Source of the DNA: Octopus sinensis
Taxonomy: Eukaryota
Assembly: GCF_006345805.1 (NCBI RefSeq)
Contig: NW_021834793.1
Span: 1 to 64,000 of the forward strand
Direction: 5' to 3'
DNA: 64,000 nucleotides
The notes under the pieces are model-generated. The model was given only the letters and a program-made list of their open reading frames with translations. It had not been told where the DNA came from and made no database searches. Positions within the stretch are counted from its first letter, which is position 1; every line of letters begins with the position of its first letter. Of this stretch, positions 61,713 to 64,000 are shown in pieces. Made by a program: the position numbers and the translations under genes.

Positions 61713-63754
61713 AGTTAAATGGTAAATATCTTTATTTTTCATTCCCTTCAGTATTTTATCTCGAATAGTGGTTCGGAATTTAACTGTCCTCTCTAGTGTG
61801 CAGGTAGTCCTATGATGGCTACCTCTTATGTGTTTAAATGTACACTGTATATATATATATATAAGCTCCAATTTGATATTGGAGCCCAATGCAGCCCTCT
61901 GGTTTGTCTGATCCTGTCAAACCATCCAACCCATACCAGTATGGAAACAGATACTAAAAGATGATGATGACTGGGTCTTTGATTTCAGTTGTAAGCTGAT
62001 TTCAGGCAAATTGATCCTTTTAATTCCACGCTGGGAACTTAATTGCCTTGTAAGTCATAAGGGAAGTAAAGAGAGCAAAATATGTGATAGGTCTTGTGTG
62101 TGAGGTGTTAGTTGTTTTAACTGACACCTCTCATGCTATGTTTGTTTAATCATTAATGAAGAAAGATAATTTTAAATCTTAATTGTTATATGTTGGTGTC
62201 TTTAGGACTGGAGTATTTTAAAACTATTTTATGTTGCAGATGTAAACCCCTTATTTACTATACAGAATGTCTCTCTTTATGACTGGTGATGAGCACACAC
62301 ATCCTTGAATATATATTCTAAGCCCAACAGGTTTTTAAAGACTGCTAATTATTGTTTAGCTCCTGATGAGCCCTGACCGAGCAGATCTATGATCAAAAGG
62401 CATTCCAGTCACGACCATCCTGTGGTTTCTTACTTGTGTGCTGGGAACCCAGAAGCTACATTTCTGAATGACCTTTTCTAAGGAGATTTGGCCGTTATTT
62501 CTATTACATCAAGCAACCTCATAGTTTCCCTGGTGTTATGGTGTACAGTAGGTGGAAGACAAATGTCACTACAAGTAGGGTGTTTGTCTAACACTGGTAA
62601 TAATTTCAGATGACCTGATACCTTTGCCTAACAGCCAGGTGAACTGAGGAAACTGTACACCAGTAGATATATATGGGGTGTGTGTGTCTCCTTGTCATGA
62701 CATTGTGTGGTAATTGTAAATGAATGTCACTAAGACAAGTGACATTCTTTGTTTCCAATCTTGTGTGAAGACATATCCAGCAATGAAGAACTATTAACTA
62801 ATTTGGAAACTGGTGAGGTTTGGCAACAGGAAGGGCATCCGGCTGTGGAAAATCTGCCTCAATAAAATTATCTGACCCATGAGGGATGGAAAAGTAAAAG
62901 TAAAAGTCAAAGCAATAATAATGATGATGTGGTGATTGGTGAGCTACTGACTGATTTGTTAAGTCACCATTTAAAACTTCAATTTCTTATTGAGACTGTT
63001 GTATAATTTACATGAACCATGTAAGACCCTCTATGCAGTTGTTTGCCTTGCTAGAAACAAACAGCCAACTCTTCCTCAAACCACATCCTACTCTCTTAAA
63101 AAGAGAGGCATTGGCTGGTGTAGCTGAAGGTTCACTCTTCCCACAAATAAGATTAACAATAACAATCATTTACTTGTTGTATATAACCATGGTTGAGTTA
63201 TAGCTCTGAGTTATAGCTGTCGACATTATCATCTGTTTTCCATGCTGGCATGGTTTGGAGGTTTGACAGGAGCTAACAAACCAGAGGACCGCATCACGCT
63301 CCAATGTCTGCTTTAGTTTGACTTCTATGGTTGGATGCCCATCCTAACACCTGCCATTTTACAGAGTGTACTGGGTGCTTTTTAAATGGTACCAGCACTA
63401 ATGAAATTACTAAATAACTCACAAGACATTACTCCTCAACTGAGGGCTGGGGAGTGGTAGCTTTATGCCAGGTGATGAGAGATTAAAGTATGATAGAGGG
63501 ATAGGAACATATGTCAAGCAACAAATGTCATGGTTACTCCAGTTGGAAGAAGAGGAGGATGGTGTGAGGGTGTGTCAGAGCATACCTTCAAGTTAGTGGA
63601 AGGTGAATAAATAAAGAGAGTGGTATGAGTGAGTATGCAAGTTTGTGGGAGTGTGAGAGGCAAGTAGTAAAGGGATAGAGAGAAATGTAGTAATTGGTCA
63701 GTCATGAATATCAGTTGGAGGAGGTAGGTGTGGGTTGGTGGGGGTAATAGGTGA

Positions 63755-64000
63755 GGATGTAGTTAATTTGGCTTGTGTGAGCATCAGATTGATAGGTGAT
63801 CAGAGGATTGGCTGGTTAGTGTTGCAGATCATCAGGTAGTTTCATCACAAAACTGTAGCTTTGTTCTGTCCTCATCTCTGGTACCAAAACTATAACCTCC
63901 ATCACACCATGCTGCCCAACATGTCCATTGAAGTAATCAGCCATGAAAATAAGGTCACTAATGTTCATCATTGAGGTAATCTGAAAAAGGGTATCATAAA
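63755..64000 (-). mobile_element. RTE endonuclease-domain fragment running off the window
   Basis: Homologous to 17590-17825 (ADYFNGHVG-type motif). Confidence 0.6.

Larger units (their letters stand above)
59674..61846 (+). mobile_element. Third retrozyme-like element (~468 nt unit, ~135 bp direct repeats) interrupted by an RTE
   Basis: 59674-59811 is similar to 61715-61846; (TA)n on both sides; hammerhead immediately before the second repeat. Confidence 0.78.

Noticed and set aside
62200-62620. Candidate acceptors for the final HARS exon
   Set aside because: Frames give early stops or no similarity to the HisRS C-terminus; the last exon is probably beyond the window.

Overview
Repeat-rich animal genomic DNA. 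The repeat families and (TA)n landscape suggest an octopus or other cephalopod, which is an inference. The only host gene is a + strand histidyl-tRNA synthetase (HARS). Twelve internal coding exons (25283-57630, 1380 nt, 460 aa) splice in frame. The first and last exons were not found, so the whole window is probably inside the HARS transcription unit. One intron is a U12-type (minor) GT-AG intron and another is GC-AG. The introns are filled with LINEs (two Proto2/CR1-group-like, many RTE), Penelope-like RT fragments, tRNA-derived SINEs, mariner, piggyBac and Tigger-like elements, and a Gypsy integrase plus LTR. The most notable signal is eight minimal type I hammerhead-ribozyme-like folds in unrelated (TA)n-associated elements, most with a palindromic stem III. 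Three of them sit in non-coding elements built as a 1.25-1.3-mer of a 362, 584 or ~468 nt unit, two of these with a long inverted 5' segment. These look like several families of Penelope-mobilised retrozyme-like RNAs, including core variants such as U3-A8. All alignments and folds were done by eye; no search or folding program was run.
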